DNA of 64,000 bases from Candidatus Latescibacterota bacterium (GTDB taxonomy: Bacteria; Latescibacterota; UBA2968; UBA8231), in assembly GCA_965206595.1 (NCBI GenBank), contig OZ242214.1:3168001-3232000 (forward strand). Direction: 5' to 3'. The notes beneath the pieces are model-generated. The model did no database searches. It worked only from the letters and a program-made list of their open reading frames with translations, and was not told where the DNA came from. The position numbers were made by a program, and so were the translations under genes. Every line of letters starts with the position of its first letter. Within the stretch, counting starts at the first letter, position 1. Shown here one piece after another: positions 1 to 11,251 of the stretch.

Positions 1-419
1 CCACCGAGGTCTGGCTCGGCTCGCACAGGGAAACGGGCCGGCTCGTGGTCGGCGGGGACGATTACGAGGAGATGCTCGCCGAGCACCGGAAGCGGGACCG
101 GGTCGTGCAGACGACGGCGAAGAAAGGCTCTCTGGTCATCCGCGACATGCGCCTCTACCACGGCGGCATGCCCAACCGCACCGACGAGCTGCGGCAGATG
201 ATCGCCATGGTCTACAACCGCTACTTCTACCGCGTGCTGTGCTGGATGCCGTTCGCCAGGGGCACGGAGGATTTCTTCCAGCACCCGGTCCTGCAGGCGT
301 TGTGCGCCTTCTTCGATGCGGAAGAGCTGGGCACGGACTACATCCACGAGCGGCATCGGAAGGGGCTCCCCGAGCTGGCGCAGGTGCCGGGAGTCGTCTG
401 CGGCGGGACCCGGGCCTGA
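1..419 (+). CDS. Phytanoyl-CoA dioxygenase (PhyH) family protein, 5' end outside window
   Basis: TEVWLGSH ... KKGSLVIRDMRLYHGGMPN is typical of the PhyH C-terminal half. Confidence 0.75.
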   Translation, partial: TEVWLGSHRETGRLVVGGDDYEEMLAEHRKRDRVVQTTAKKGSLVIRDMRLYHGGMPNRTDELRQMIAMVYNRYFYRVLCWMPFARGTEDFFQHPVLQALCAFFDAEELGTDYIHERHRKGLPELAQVPGVVCGGTRA

Positions 420-597
420 AGCGAGCGACCGTTCCGAAGGAGCAAGCGAGGCCATTGCTACAGGGTTCAATTGCGTCACCTTCATATCCATTTCCGGGTA
501 CGTAAACGGCGCCGACACCATGCGAAGTCGGGCGACATCTTGCGCACCGAATCAAGATACGATACGATAATCCGAGTTTGAATCAGGAGTATCGGCT

Positions 598-1803
598 ATG
601 GTCATCGAGCAAATTCACATCCAGAACTTCAAGGCGCTCAAAAACGTCGAGCTGAGGAACCTGCCCTCGCTGGCGGTTTTCGTCGGTCGGAACGGGACAG
701 GGAAAACCACCTTGTTTCGCGTATTCTCGTTTTTAAAAAACTGTTTGGCGAACAACGTGCGTGTCGCCTTGCAAAACGAAGGCGGTTTCAACGGATTCAA
801 GGAAGTGATTACCCGAGACACCGACACGTTAGATAGCATTATCATTGAACTCAAGATTCGTATGTCAATAGCCGAAAGAGAGCGCTTGGTGACCTATCGC
901 CTGGAAGTCGGCCTGGAAGAGGGAGGCCCGATGGTTCGCCGGGAAATACTGCGCTACAAGCGTGCTTCTTATGGAGCGCCATTTCACTTCATCGATTTTA
1001 GCGGTGGCAAAGGCGCCGCGGTCAGCAACGAAGAGGATTTCAGTAAACCCGACACGGAGCTGACCAGGGAAAATCAAGCGGTTGATCCGGACGTGCTGGC
1101 CATCAGCAGTCTCGGACAATTGGAGCGCTTCAAGGCCGCAAGGGCATTTCGGGATCTGATAGAGAACTGGCATATTTCGGATTTCCATATCAACGACGCG
1201 CGCGGCAGGAAAAGCCTCGAGCCGGGCTTTCATCTTTCCAGTTCCGGAGACAATCTGCCTTCGGTGGCCCATCATCTCAAGGAAAGTTATCCCAATATTT
1301 TTGCAGAAGTACTGGAAAAGATGCGCCAGAGAGTCCCCGGCATCTCTCGTATCGAAGCCAGAACCGCGGAGGATGGAAGCTTGCTGATTCGCTACGCCGA
1401 CGGGGCTTTCAAGGATCCTTTTCTCGATTTCAACGTTTCAGACGGCACCATAAAGATGTTCGCCTATCTCCTGCTGCTACATGACCCTGAGCCGCACAAA
1501 ATCCTCTGTGTCGAGCAACCAGAAAACCAGTTGTACCCAAGGCTGATGAATATCCTTGCAGAAGAATTTGAAGAGTACGCCCGCAGAGGCGGCCAGGTAT
1601 TTGTTTCTACCCATTCACCGCAATTTCTCAACGCCATACCGGTGGAGAGCCTGTTCTTCATTGAAAAACATGAAGGCGTGTCGAAAATTCTGCCTTTTTC
1701 CTCGGACCCGCTAGTCAGCGAACAGCTTATGGCGGGGGACAAGGCGGGTTACCTGTGGGAACAAGGAATGCTGAAGGGGTTCGCTGAAAGAGCCGCACAA
1801 TGA
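598..1803 (+). CDS. AAA_21/AbiEii-like ABC-type ATPase
   Basis: Walker A GRNGTGKT, signature VSDG, Walker B ILCVEQPEN, H-loop STHSP; RBS AGGAG upstream. Confidence 0.88.
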   Translation: MVIEQIHIQNFKALKNVELRNLPSLAVFVGRNGTGKTTLFRVFSFLKNCLANNVRVALQNEGGFNGFKEVITRDTDTLDSIIIELKIRMSIAERERLVTYRLEVGLEEGGPMVRREILRYKRASYGAPFHFIDFSGGKGAAVSNEEDFSKPDTELTRENQAVDPDVLAISSLGQLERFKAARAFRDLIENWHISDFHINDARGRKSLEPGFHLSSSGDNLPSVAHHLKESYPNIFAEVLEKMRQRVPGISRIEARTAEDGSLLIRYADGAFKDPFLDFNVSDGTIKMFAYLLLLHDPEPHKILCVEQPENQLYPRLMNILAEEFEEYARRGGQVFVSTHSPQFLNAIPVESLFFIEKHEGVSKILPFSSDPLVSEQLMAGDKAGYLWEQGMLKGFAERAAQ

Positions 1804-2337
1804 TCGTGCTCCTTACTGAGGAACCCTCCATGGAAGAATACTTGGAAATAATCGTGGCCCAATTCCATTCCCGGGGTGGACTGGTTGGTTCTGTCCTTTC
1901 AGGGAAAAAGAGACCTCGAACAGTCAATTCCCAAAAAAATGAAGGGATAGAACTATGGATGTCCGAACTTTATTATCTTGAGGGACAATGATGGCGGTGA
2001 TTGTTTCGCGATCAAGCAAAAATTATGTGCTATAGCGGAACAATCTGATAAACCATTTCACGTGCGAATTGTATGCCAGCAGTTGGAGAGCTGGCTGCTT
2101 GGCGACCTGCAGGCCATCAAGCAAGCCTATCCGAAGGCGCCCATTAAAGACAAGGCGAAGTTCCGGGACCCTGACCGGTTGACGAACGCCTCGCAGGAAT
2201 TGGCGAACTTGATCAATGTCCGGGCAAAGATCGAACGGGCAAAGAACATCGGCAGGCATCTCAATTTTAAGGAAAACCGCTCCCGCAGCTTTCACGTATT
2301 TATAAACACCTTTACACAATTGGTCCACTCTGCTTGA
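1800..2337 (+). pseudogene. DUF4276-family protein, disrupted
   Basis: MIVLLTEEPSM start overlaps the ATPase stop (ATGA); +1 frameshift near 1866-1870; continues PGVDWLVLSFQGKRDLEQSIPKKMKG, TAG at 1948-1950, then NYGCPNFIILRDNDGGDC ... LESWLLGD ... RSRSF. Confidence 0.8.
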
Positions 2338-2426
2338 CAACCTGATAGCGCTCAATTCTTCGTTTCCGGTCCCGGCAAACCCAGCCAGCCGAGCAAAGGG
2401 GAAGTCAACAACTATTCATCCTCACC

Positions 2427-4008
2427 CTAAGCCGACAGCCAGTCGAGGATATTGCGAGTAATCCGGTCCACCGCGGGATCGCCTCCCTTCAGCCCCATGC
2501 ACCAGTCGGTGCACCCGGTCGTCACCACCGTTCCCCCGCGGCTGAAGGCGCCCAGGACCGCGGCCCCCTCAGTCAGCCGCCTGCCGGCGCCGGGGCCGTA
2601 AATCGCTTCCGAGGCCATGGCGATCGAGTCGTCGGCGTCGCTGAGGGAGGCGGGTGCGGTGGCGAGGATCTCGAAGGTTTCCGGAGTGCCGTCGCGGCAG
2701 GTCGGAACCGGCAGGCCGCCGGCCAGCTCGAACTCGCAACCGTCGCACTCGTAGCTGACGATCTGGTCCTTGCCGCCGAGCAGGTCCCCCTGCTTGAGCC
2801 CGGTCCTGGCGAACAGCCAGTGGCCGGGCCGGTGGATGGTGTAGGCCCCGGTCTGCGAGAAGCCGTGGTACCCCCCGTACGCGAAGCTGACCCCGGTCAG
2901 GCGGTTCTCCGGGCGGCCGATCAGGCGATGGCACCAGAGGGTCGACAGGGTGGCGTTGTTGCCGGAGGCGAAGTGCGGGGTCCCTTTCCATCTCATCCTT
3001 CCAGCAGACCAGGGCGCGCCCCTGCTCCTCGCTGCGCACCTGCCACCAGCTGACGTTGCCGCTGAAGAAGGCGGCGTTGCCGCCGGCGCCGACGAACCCC
3101 TCCAGGCTGTCCCGCATCGGCGCCGACCAGTACTCGTCGTGGCCGACCGACAGCACCAGCCGGTACCCTTCCAGCAGCCCCGGTGTGCTCTCGAGGTCGC
3201 CGTTGACGGCGTAGTCGATGGCGTACCCCGCGGCCTCCGCCCAGGCGACGAAATGCCGCTCCCAGTGATGCCAGCAGCTCAGCCAGGTCGAGAAGCCGTC
3301 GTGCACGGCGAGCTCGTCCTCCAGGTTCTCCAGCGTCGACAGGAAGCCGACGTCGAGGATGTGCCAGCGCTCTCCGGGGCGCTCGACGTGCACGCTGGCC
3401 CAGGGGGAAACCTGAACCCCTCCCGCGGCCAGCGAGTCGGCCAGGGCTTCCGGGACGACTCCCCGGTCGAGGTCCGCGGCGAACTCCGCGCTCACCGTGA
3501 ACAGGAACCGCTCCTTCCCGGGAAACCCGGCGAACGGCCGCTCGAAGGAGAGCCTGCGCGCCGGCCCCTGCGGGCCGTTGTAGAAGGTGGAGCCGCCAAA
3601 GGAGTTGTAAGCGGCTTCCGTGTTGGTCGGCCGCTGCAGCAGGATGGCGGCGTCGCGCCCGGGGTGGGCGGAGCGCACGACGAAGGCCGCCTCCCCGCCC
3701 ACCCCGAAGCCGGCCTCGTCCTCTCCCCGCAGCAGGGCGCAGTAGTACCCCGAAGGCCAGTCCGCGCCGACCGGGACGGTGAAGGAGACCGGCCAGCCGC
3801 AGCCCCTCTCCGAGGCGTCCGCGGGCACGGGATGCTCCCTGCCGGGAAGGCCCCAGCGCGTCCAGACCACCTGCCGGCGCGCCCCGATACGGGCGATCTC
3901 CACGCCGTAGAAATGCAGGTCGGTCGAGACGCAGAAGCCGATCTCGCCCCCCTGCGGCACGCTGAGCCGGTCGGTGTAGGCGTGGATAAAGGGGTCCTGT
4001 GCGGTCAT
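2427..4008 (-). pseudogene. N,N-dimethylformamidase beta-subunit-like protein, one frameshift
   Basis: MTAQDPFIHAYTD start; AYNSFGG, LSVGHDEYWS, FFSGN and YECDG motifs; one extra base in the G4 run at ~2977-2980 separates the two frames. Confidence 0.8.
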
Positions 4009-4842
4009 AACGCGTCGCCTGGCGCGACAACCCGAGGTCCCGCACCCCCCTGCACGACCGCGGCGGTCCCCTCGCTGATGTGGCCGACCGTATCGCCGAG
4101 AGCGAACCACTGCACCCCCTTGGCGAACCAGTCGCGGACGGTGTCGGCGTCGAAGCCGATGGAGGTGCCGACCAGCAGGCCGGAGGCCGCTGCCTTGGCG
4201 ATCACGGTGTCGATCATCGCCGCGACCTCGGGATCGTTGCGGTTCCCATGCTTGCCCACCGACGCGGACAGGTCGCCTGGGCCGAGGACGATGCCGTGGA
4301 TTCCCGGCGTCGCCAGGATGCCGTCGAGGTTGCGCACCGCCTCGACGTGCTCGATCTGAACGATGCAGAGCACCTGGTCCCCGGCCGCGGCGACGTAGTC
4401 GCCGGCCGAGTCGAAGTACATCATGTTGCGGATTGGCCCCCAGCATGTTGCGGATTGGCCCCCAGCCGCGCACCCCCTCGGGCGGGTAGCGGAAGGCGCG
4501 CACCGCGGCCGCGGCCTCTTCGGCGGTGCAGACCATGGGCACGACGATGCCGGCCGGCGCCAGGTCGATGACGCGCTTGATGAGGACCGGGTCGTTCCAG
4601 CCGACGCGGACGAGGGCCGGCACCTGGGCGGCGCGCGCCGCCAGCAGGTGGGCGAGCACGGAGGGCAGGTCGAGGTGGGAGTGCTCGGTCTCGATCCAGA
4701 GGAAGTCGCTGCCGGCCTCGGCGGCCGCCTCGGAGGCGAGCGGATCGGTCAGGGTGATCTCGGTGCCGACCACGGGCCTGCCCTCGGCCACGGCCTCCCG
4801 GAAGCGTTCGACATGGTTGACGGACCTGGTCATGGGAGTCAT
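4005..4842 (-). pseudogene. HpcH/HpaI aldolase family protein frameshifted by a 22-bp tandem duplication
   Basis: FLWIETEH, VVPMV, RYPPEGVRG, VQIEH, LGPGDLS; CATGTTGCGGATTGGCCCCCAG repeated at 4422-4443 and 4444-4465. Confidence 0.85.
4422..4465. repeat. Perfect 22-bp tandem duplication
   Basis: Read directly from the sequence. Confidence 0.95.
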
Positions 4843-5939
4843 CTGCCTTTGAGGGGATGGACGCGGTCCTGCAGCGGGATGGAGAGCCGCACACCTGCGG
4901 CAAGGTGGGAGGCGTACACCCCCTGGACCATTTCGACGGTGTAGCGGACCGACCGGATGCTCGACAGGGGCTCGCGGTCCCCGGCGATGGCCGCCATGAG
5001 ATCGCGGGCCAGGATCTTGTTGCCGAGGTGCAGGAAGTTCTTCCCCTGCACCTCGGCAACAAGATCCTCCTCGTGCCAACGGTCCCAGACCAACCCGAGG
5101 TCCGGCAGCACCCGCGGCGCCGGATAGAGAAACACCTCCCCTGGCTGGCGCAGCTCGAGGCGGGCTTGCTCGCACTCGAGCGCCACCCCGAAGAGGTCGC
5201 CGATGCCGCGCTCGGGAGCGGCGAGGCCCGCGGTCGAGTCCCAGAAGCCGCGGGCGCCGTCGTCGAAGCCGAACATCGCCGAGATCGAGTCCCCGGCCAT
5301 GAGACCGACCGAACCGTCGCGGGCGTCGCCGGCGGCCGCGTCCCGGTCCCCGACGGCCACGTGCCCGCTGACCCAGCGCGGCAGGCCGGCGAAGGCGATC
5401 ATCAGGTCGAACATGTGGGTGCCGTGCAGCAACAGCTCCTCGCCGCCGCCGCGGCTGTCGTCCTTGGGGCGGCCCCAGAGGCGCAGCAGGCGGCCGTGTT
5501 CCCCGGCGGCGACCTCGCGGATCGCCCGCTGCACCGGCGCCATGGCCCGCCACTGGTGGGCGACCCCGACCTTGAGGTTGTCCGGCTCGACCGCGGCGAG
5601 GATGGCGTCGATGTCCGCCAGGCTTCCCGCGGCCGGTTTCTCCAGGTAGATGTGGCACCCCCCTGCGGCGGCCGCCTCGACCATCGGCACCCGCTCCCCG
5701 ACCCAGCCGGGGGCGATGACGCAGATGTCGGGCTTTTCGGCCTCCAGCATCCTGCGGTAGTCGGTGTAGAGCCGCGACACCCCGATCTTCTCCCCCGCGG
5801 CGGCCAACCCCTCGGGGTCACGGTCCGCGGCGGCTACCACGCGCGCCTCCTCGAGACCGCGGAAGGCGAGGTCGAGGCCGTGGGCGAAGCCGCCGCGGCC
5901 GGTCGAGCCGATGACGGCGACCCGGTACTGGTCAGGCAA
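4839..5939 (-). CDS. Gfo/Idh/MocA family oxidoreductase
   Basis: Rossmann-like N-terminus VAVIGSTGRGG, HIYLEKP, HGTH. Confidence 0.88.
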   Translation of the reverse strand: MPDQYRVAVIGSTGRGGFAHGLDLAFRGLEEARVVAAADRDPEGLAAAGEKIGVSRLYTDYRRMLEAEKPDICVIAPGWVGERVPMVEAAAAGGCHIYLEKPAAGSLADIDAILAAVEPDNLKVGVAHQWRAMAPVQRAIREVAAGEHGRLLRLWGRPKDDSRGGGEELLLHGTHMFDLMIAFAGLPRWVSGHVAVGDRDAAAGDARDGSVGLMAGDSISAMFGFDDGARGFWDSTAGLAAPERGIGDLFGVALECEQARLELRQPGEVFLYPAPRVLPDLGLVWDRWHEEDLVAEVQGKNFLHLGNKILARDLMAAIAGDREPLSSIRSVRYTVEMVQGVYASHLAAGVRLSIPLQDRVHPLKGR

Positions 5940-7032
5940 GGCCGCGCCTTCCCAGCACGAGGCTGCGGTCGGCGAGCGGCAGGTCGACGCGGACGCAGCC
6001 GCGGCGGTGGGACTCCCTCATGGCGATGGCGATCTCGAGCGCCTCGCGGCCGAACTCCCCCGGACAGGTGCGCTCCTCCCCTTCCTCGATGGAGCGGCAC
6101 ACCCCCTCGATGGCGTCGACCATGGAGCTGCGCGGGTACCACGGGTTGGGGAACTGCCGCTGCAGGGAGGTGCCGGTATCCGGGTCCATCGTCCACAGCT
6201 CGAACTGCGCGTGGGCGTTGCGCGACAGGATGCGGCCGCGCTCCCCGATGAACTCGACCGTCCACTGGAACCCGCTGTGCTGCTCGCAGCGCGAGTTCAG
6301 CAGGGCGCGGACCCCGTTCTCGTAGACGACGTACCCCGAGCCCGGAAGGTCGCCGCTCCCCGCGGCCTCGGCGTCGCTGTCCATGTGGCCGAAGACCCAG
6401 CTCGCCGGGGCCCCGGCGAACAGGCGCAGCAGCGCCAGGGTGTGGCTGCCGATGTTGGAGAGCGAGGAGGTGCAGTGGCAGACCATCGAGCGCAGCTCGC
6501 CGATGGCGCCGGCGGCGATCGCCTCGCGGGCGCTCGTGTACCAGCCGTACCAGTTGAGGTGGCAGGCCATCGCCAGGATGACCCCGTTGTCGCGGCAGGC
6601 GGCGATCATGGCGTCCGCCTCGGCCAGGGTCCGGCACATCGGCTTGGTGGCGAAGATCCCCTTCACCCCCGCTTCCGCGAGTCCGATCACCACCTCTGCC
6701 CGCTCCTCCGGGCCCGTGGTCACGGCGACGAGATCCGGTTTCTCCCGGGCCGCCATCTCGCGGTAGTCGCGGTAGAGGGCCTCGACGTTCCAGCGCCGCC
6801 GGAAGTCGTCGAGCTTGCCCTCGTCGACGTCGGCCGCGGCGACCAGCTCGGCGTTGCGCGCCTCGATGATGGCCGGGGCGTGCGCCCACGGCCACGGGTA
6901 GTGGGGCATGCCGATGTGCTCGTCGTCGATGGTGCTGCCCATGCGGCCGCAGCCGACCACCGCGGCGCGGTGGATCCTTCGGGGACGGGTCCGCTCAACC
7001 TCGCGGAACGCTTCACCGCGAACAGGTGCCAC
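5932..7032 (-). CDS. Gfo/Idh/MocA family oxidoreductase
   Basis: AAVVGCGRMG, IFATKP (EKP variant), NIGSH; start codon uncertain. Confidence 0.85.
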   Translation of the reverse strand: MAPVRGEAFREVERTRPRRIHRAAVVGCGRMGSTIDDEHIGMPHYPWPWAHAPAIIEARNAELVAAADVDEGKLDDFRRRWNVEALYRDYREMAAREKPDLVAVTTGPEERAEVVIGLAEAGVKGIFATKPMCRTLAEADAMIAACRDNGVILAMACHLNWYGWYTSAREAIAAGAIGELRSMVCHCTSSLSNIGSHTLALLRLFAGAPASWVFGHMDSDAEAAGSGDLPGSGYVVYENGVRALLNSRCEQHSGFQWTVEFIGERGRILSRNAHAQFELWTMDPDTGTSLQRQFPNPWYPRSSMVDAIEGVCRSIEEGEERTCPGEFGREALEIAIAMRESHRRGCVRVDLPLADRSLVLGRRGLA

Positions 7033-7207
7033 GTTTCGGGCCTCTCGCTTTCGTCTGGGGGACGGGAGTTGGATATTTCCGGCGGCTGCCGGCGACGGAA
7101 GATACCGGGCAGCAGGGGCTGCGACAATGCGCCGCGGCGGCGCTTTCCCCGACAGCTTCTGCCCCCCGAAACCGCCCCAATTTTCACTCCTCAGACAAGG
7201 ACGAATC

Positions 7208-7948
7208 GTGAACGACTTCGACCAGGCTGTCCATGAGATCGAGATCTACGGCTTCACGGTGCTGGAAACGGTGCTCGACCCGACGGAAGTGGAACAGATG
7301 CGCGAGGCCCTGATCCGCTGCGAGCGGGAGGTCGGCACCGAGCACACCCACCGCGGATCGGCGCGGCACGTCTCCAACCTGCCGGTGCTCGACCCGGTCT
7401 TCTTCCGCTGCATCGACCACCCGCGCACCCTGCCGCTGCTCGAGCACTTCCTCGGGGACAACCTGATTCTCGGCAGCCTCAACTCCCGCATCGTGCGCCC
7501 CGGCGACGGCTACCAGGATTTCCACAGCGACATCCCGGTGGGGATGCTGAACATGGCCTCGCCGGTGATGATGAACACGGTCTGGATGCTCGACGACTTC
7601 AGCCCGGAGAACGGCGGCACCCGGGTGGTGCCGGGGTCGCACAAGAGCGGGCTCGGGGTCCCTCCCGAGGGGTTCGAGGTCGCCCACGTCGTGCAGCCGT
7701 CGGCGCCGGCAGGGAGCGTGCTGGTGTTCAACGGCCAGTGCTGGCACGCCGGCGGCGCCAACAACAGCAGCGCCAACCGCCACGCCCTCTTCGGGCATTA
7801 CCGCAAGCACATGCTGGTGTTCCAGCTCGACCCGCACGACGGGTTTCCCGCGCAGTGGTACGGGCGGCTCACCCAGCGCCAGAAGGAGCTCCTGCGCATG
7901 CAGCGCGGGCTCGGGGCCCTGCACGCCTCCGACAGCCACTTCCGCTGA
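7208..7948 (+). CDS. PhyH family dioxygenase
   Basis: GTG start after AAGGA; HSD iron motif, NGGTRVVPGSH, WHAGG. Confidence 0.88.
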   Translation: MNDFDQAVHEIEIYGFTVLETVLDPTEVEQMREALIRCEREVGTEHTHRGSARHVSNLPVLDPVFFRCIDHPRTLPLLEHFLGDNLILGSLNSRIVRPGDGYQDFHSDIPVGMLNMASPVMMNTVWMLDDFSPENGGTRVVPGSHKSGLGVPPEGFEVAHVVQPSAPAGSVLVFNGQCWHAGGANNSSANRHALFGHYRKHMLVFQLDPHDGFPAQWYGRLTQRQKELLRMQRGLGALHASDSHFR

Positions 7949-7962
7949 TCCTGCCTGCCCGC

Positions 7963-7981
7963 GGCAACCGTGGCGGTTGCC
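7963..7981. repeat. Short hairpin GGCAACCG-tgg-CGGTTGCC at a GC-to-AT boundary
   Basis: 8-bp perfect stem just after the phyH stop; no U-tract, so terminator versus REP-like role is unresolved. Confidence 0.4.
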
Positions 7982-8193
7982 CATTCAAGGGGAACTTATA
8001 TACCAGGGTTACGAATGGGGCGGGATTGAGCAGTTAACTTCGGGGATGAAAAAGGCAAGCACTCAATCATAGCCTTGAGTGGCGTGATTGATGGCACGGA
8101 AACGTATGCCGTTGATGTGGTCCATGATGTTGTTGAAAATATGCTCACGGTCACAAGCAACAGTCAGTCGTAGGGAAGGATAAAGAACGAGAG

Positions 8194-10732
8194 ATGAAAA
8201 TCCTCTTTGGCTTAGCCGCAATCCTGTTTGTTCATACTGTCAGCGCCCAGGATTTTACTCGCTGGGATCTGCCAGAAGGGGCTCGACAACGCCTGGGTAA
8301 AGGGAGCATTCGGTCGATTGGCTACTTGCCTGGTGGCGCTCGGCTATCAGCGACTGGCAGTCTCGGGATCTGGCATCTATGATGCCCACACCGGTGCGGA
8401 AGTTGCCCTGATTCCCTGTATATATCGTGCCTATTCGGTTTCATCAGATGGGTCTGTACTGGCCTGTAATGTGGGATCCCGCATGCGATTGTGGGATACA
8501 GTCAGCGGACAGCGCAAACTCACCCTCGAGGAGTCTGGGAAGACGGGAATCGTGTCGTTTTCACCAGATGGGTCCACTCTCGCCGGTATTAGGACAAGCA
8601 AACGGGGAGAGAGGGACGAAAGAATACTACTGTGGGATGCGGTCAGTGGGAAACTGAAGGATACCCTTGAACCACAAGGGGATTTTTCGAATGTAATGTA
8701 TTCGCCGGATGGGATCACCTTGGCCGCTGTTGCGGTAGAGCAGAACAGCCCCGAGGAAAAGATTCAATCAGAGATCTGGGTGTGGGATGCGATCAGTGGG
8801 GAACTCATGACTACCTTCGAACTGCCAGAGTCTTTTCATAAATGGTGGATAAGGTATTCACCAGATGGATCCATGCTGGCCGTTATTGTCGGTCCGGTCG
8901 ATGAGGCAGAGATCTGGTTGTGGGATGTGGCCAGCGGTGAAGTCATCGGCACCCTCGAAAGGGCTAATAGGTTGTGGTCCCTGTTGTTCTCACCTGACGG
9001 TTCTGTGCTTGCAGGAGTATACAAACCAACAGGCGTGATCCTGTGGGATGTGGCAAACAGGGTAATCAAAGCTGTTCTCCCCAATGTTTTAGATGGTGAA
9101 AGAAGATCTAAAATAGACTTCATATCGTTTTCGCCAGATGGATCCACTCTAGCTGGTATCGACAGATCCGGTAGGATTGAGTTGTGGGATGTGGCCAACG
9201 ACGTTCAGCTTAAAAGAGTCCTTCAAGGAAAAGAGGTAAAGGGGTGGACTTCAGTATCCTACTCACCGGACGGGTTGTCCTTGGCCAGCAAAGAGGACAC
9301 CGGAATCCGAGTGTGGCACACAGCCAGCGGTCGCCCCATAGCCCTTTACGATGGCCATCTGTATGATGCCCGTGTGCTTGTCCACTCGCCGGATGGGAAA
9401 ACCCTAGCAGCAAGAACCAGTGAAGGCCAGGTCGTATTGTGGGATACAGATACCGGTCTGCAAAGGGCCATCTTCGACCGTTACTCCTATTCTCTGTCGT
9501 TTTCACCGGATGGATCAACTCTAGTGTGTGGGGGTGGTCCGGGCGTTCTGTTGGTGGATGCTGTCAGCGGTGAGCGTAAGCGTTTACTGAAATGGGAGGA
9601 GAGGCGTCGGACGGAATTTTTCTCCGCATCGTTTTTGCCGGATGGGAAGACCCTGGTGGCTCTCAATAGTGATGGAACGATTGTGGTGTGGAACGCGATT
9701 GACGGCCAACTCGAGGCCGTCCTTGAACCTGAACCTGATTGGCGAGTTGGTGCTTTCGCGATTTCGCCCGATGGATCCACTCTGGCCAATGCCTGGAATA
9801 CGGTCTGGATATGGGATGTGACCAGTGGTCAGCATATACGCACCTTCGCAAGTGGGGAAATCAGATCCATATCGTTTTCGTCCGACGGGTCTACTTTGGC
9901 GGTTGCGTTGACGGTGTACGATGAGCCCGGGTCCGGTAAGCCCTCTAATGGAAATGGGGACGATCATGGACCTGTTGGAACCCCAGAGATCCAGTTGTGG
10001 GATGTACCCAGCGGTAAACTCAAAGCCGCCAGCCATTCTTGGGCTGACGCCGTGAAGTTTTCGCCGAACGACCCCACCCTGTTAGCCAGCATTGATGATC
10101 GGGGACATATTCTATTTTGGGATGCGGACAGCGGGCAGCTCAGGACTACCCTTGAACCTGCAGAGATATATACCTTCACGTTTTCCCCAGATGGGTCTAC
10201 CTTGATTGGGGTCAATTTCAGGGGGATTTGGATGTGGGATGTGGGTAGCGGACAACTCATGGGAAATCATTGGGCGCCAGGTCAATTATTCCCGAGGCCC
10301 ACATTAGTACTAGGCCGACCTGCTATTTCACTTTCGTCAGATGGGTCCACTCTAGCCATTCCCGGCCGTGAGGGCACGGTGATGCTTTGGGATATGTCTA
10401 CTCCCACGATCACCCCTATACCCACGGCGGTTGAGTCTGCAGCCCCGCTGCCGGCGCAGACCGCCCTGCTGCCTAACTACCCGAACCCCTTCAATGCCAG
10501 TACCCAGATTTCCTACCGCCTGTCTGTTCCCGGTACGGTTCGGCTGGAGATTTACAACATCCTCGGGCAGCCCGTGCGGACGCTGGTAGACGAGGTTCAG
10601 CCTGCCGGAACACACCAGGTTTCCTGGGATGGCCGCGACCAGCGCGGGGCCCCGGTGGCGGCCGGAGTCTACCTGTCCCGGCTGCAGTATACCGGTGGGG
10701 TGCAGACGCAGCGGCTGCTCTACCTCAAGTAG
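8194..10732 (+). pseudogene. Secreted WD40-repeat protein with FlgD-Ig/T9SS-like C-terminal domain, +1 frameshift near 8374
   Basis: Signal peptide and LPEGARQRLGKG in the 8194 frame; many FSPDGSTLA...LWD repeats and an LLPNYPNPFN...VSWDGRD...AGVY tail in the 8228 frame; junction reads TGG-C-ATC-TAT-GAT. Confidence 0.85.
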
Positions 10733-10778
10733 ATAAGGGTTCAGGACCGAAGCCGCATATCCAGAAGGAGATTGACCC

Positions 10779-11190
10779 GTGAGACGCCTTCTCCTCCTCT
10801 GCCTTCTGGGCTTGATGGCCAGCCCTGTTCTTTCGGCAACCAGCGACTGGGCGGCTACCGGCAACTGGCTGCCGCTCGCCGTGGGTAACTCATGGACCTA
10901 TTACCATCGCTATGGCAATTCAGATCGCAATCATCCGATTCCTGAGCATCCGTATACGGCGTATTTCACAGATACTTTCATGACCGAGGGGCCGCCGCCT
11001 CTGGTTATTTCCATACTGCGGACCGAGGAAGTCGAGGGTAAGACGTACTATGTGTTCAGCGACCTTCCAGACAACTGGCCTCCGGTGTCACCCTTGTTCA
11101 TAGCGGGCAAAAAGCTCCGATGGGAGGGCGACAACCTCGTGGAGAGAACCGATACCGGAGAGAAAATCATATTCCGATTCGGCGATGTCA
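10779..11190 (+). pseudogene. Secreted hypothetical protein, probably 3'-truncated
   Basis: RBS GGAG, signal peptide, WLPLAVGNSWTY; after ~11190 the frame runs on antisense through the aldolase gene. Confidence 0.55.
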
Positions 11191-11251
11191 GCCAAGGCAC
11201 CCTGGATTCCATTTCGCGGTGCGACAACCGGACGCGGCAGGTCGAAGACGC

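Noticed and set aside
1948-1950. In-frame TAG as pyrrolysine or stop-codon recoding
   Set aside because: The same gene also has a frameshift, and TAG ends many genes normally in this window.
2569-5658. 1029-aa ORF apparently fusing an aldolase and a dimethylformamidase-like domain
   Set aside because: Artefact of the 22-bp duplication and GC-rich shadow frames; the real genes have their own ATGA-coupled starts at 4842 and 4008.
7982-8172. Coding-like fragment upstream of the WD40 gene
   Set aside because: No start, needs a frameshift and has no recognisable family; probably a relic but cannot be supported.
8400-10400. Recurring TCxCCxGATGG / TGTGGGATG sequences as a CRISPR array or DGR repeats
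   Set aside because: Degenerate in-frame codons for the WD40 SPDG and LWD motifs; no constant repeat-spacer period and no adenine-specific template/variable pair seen.
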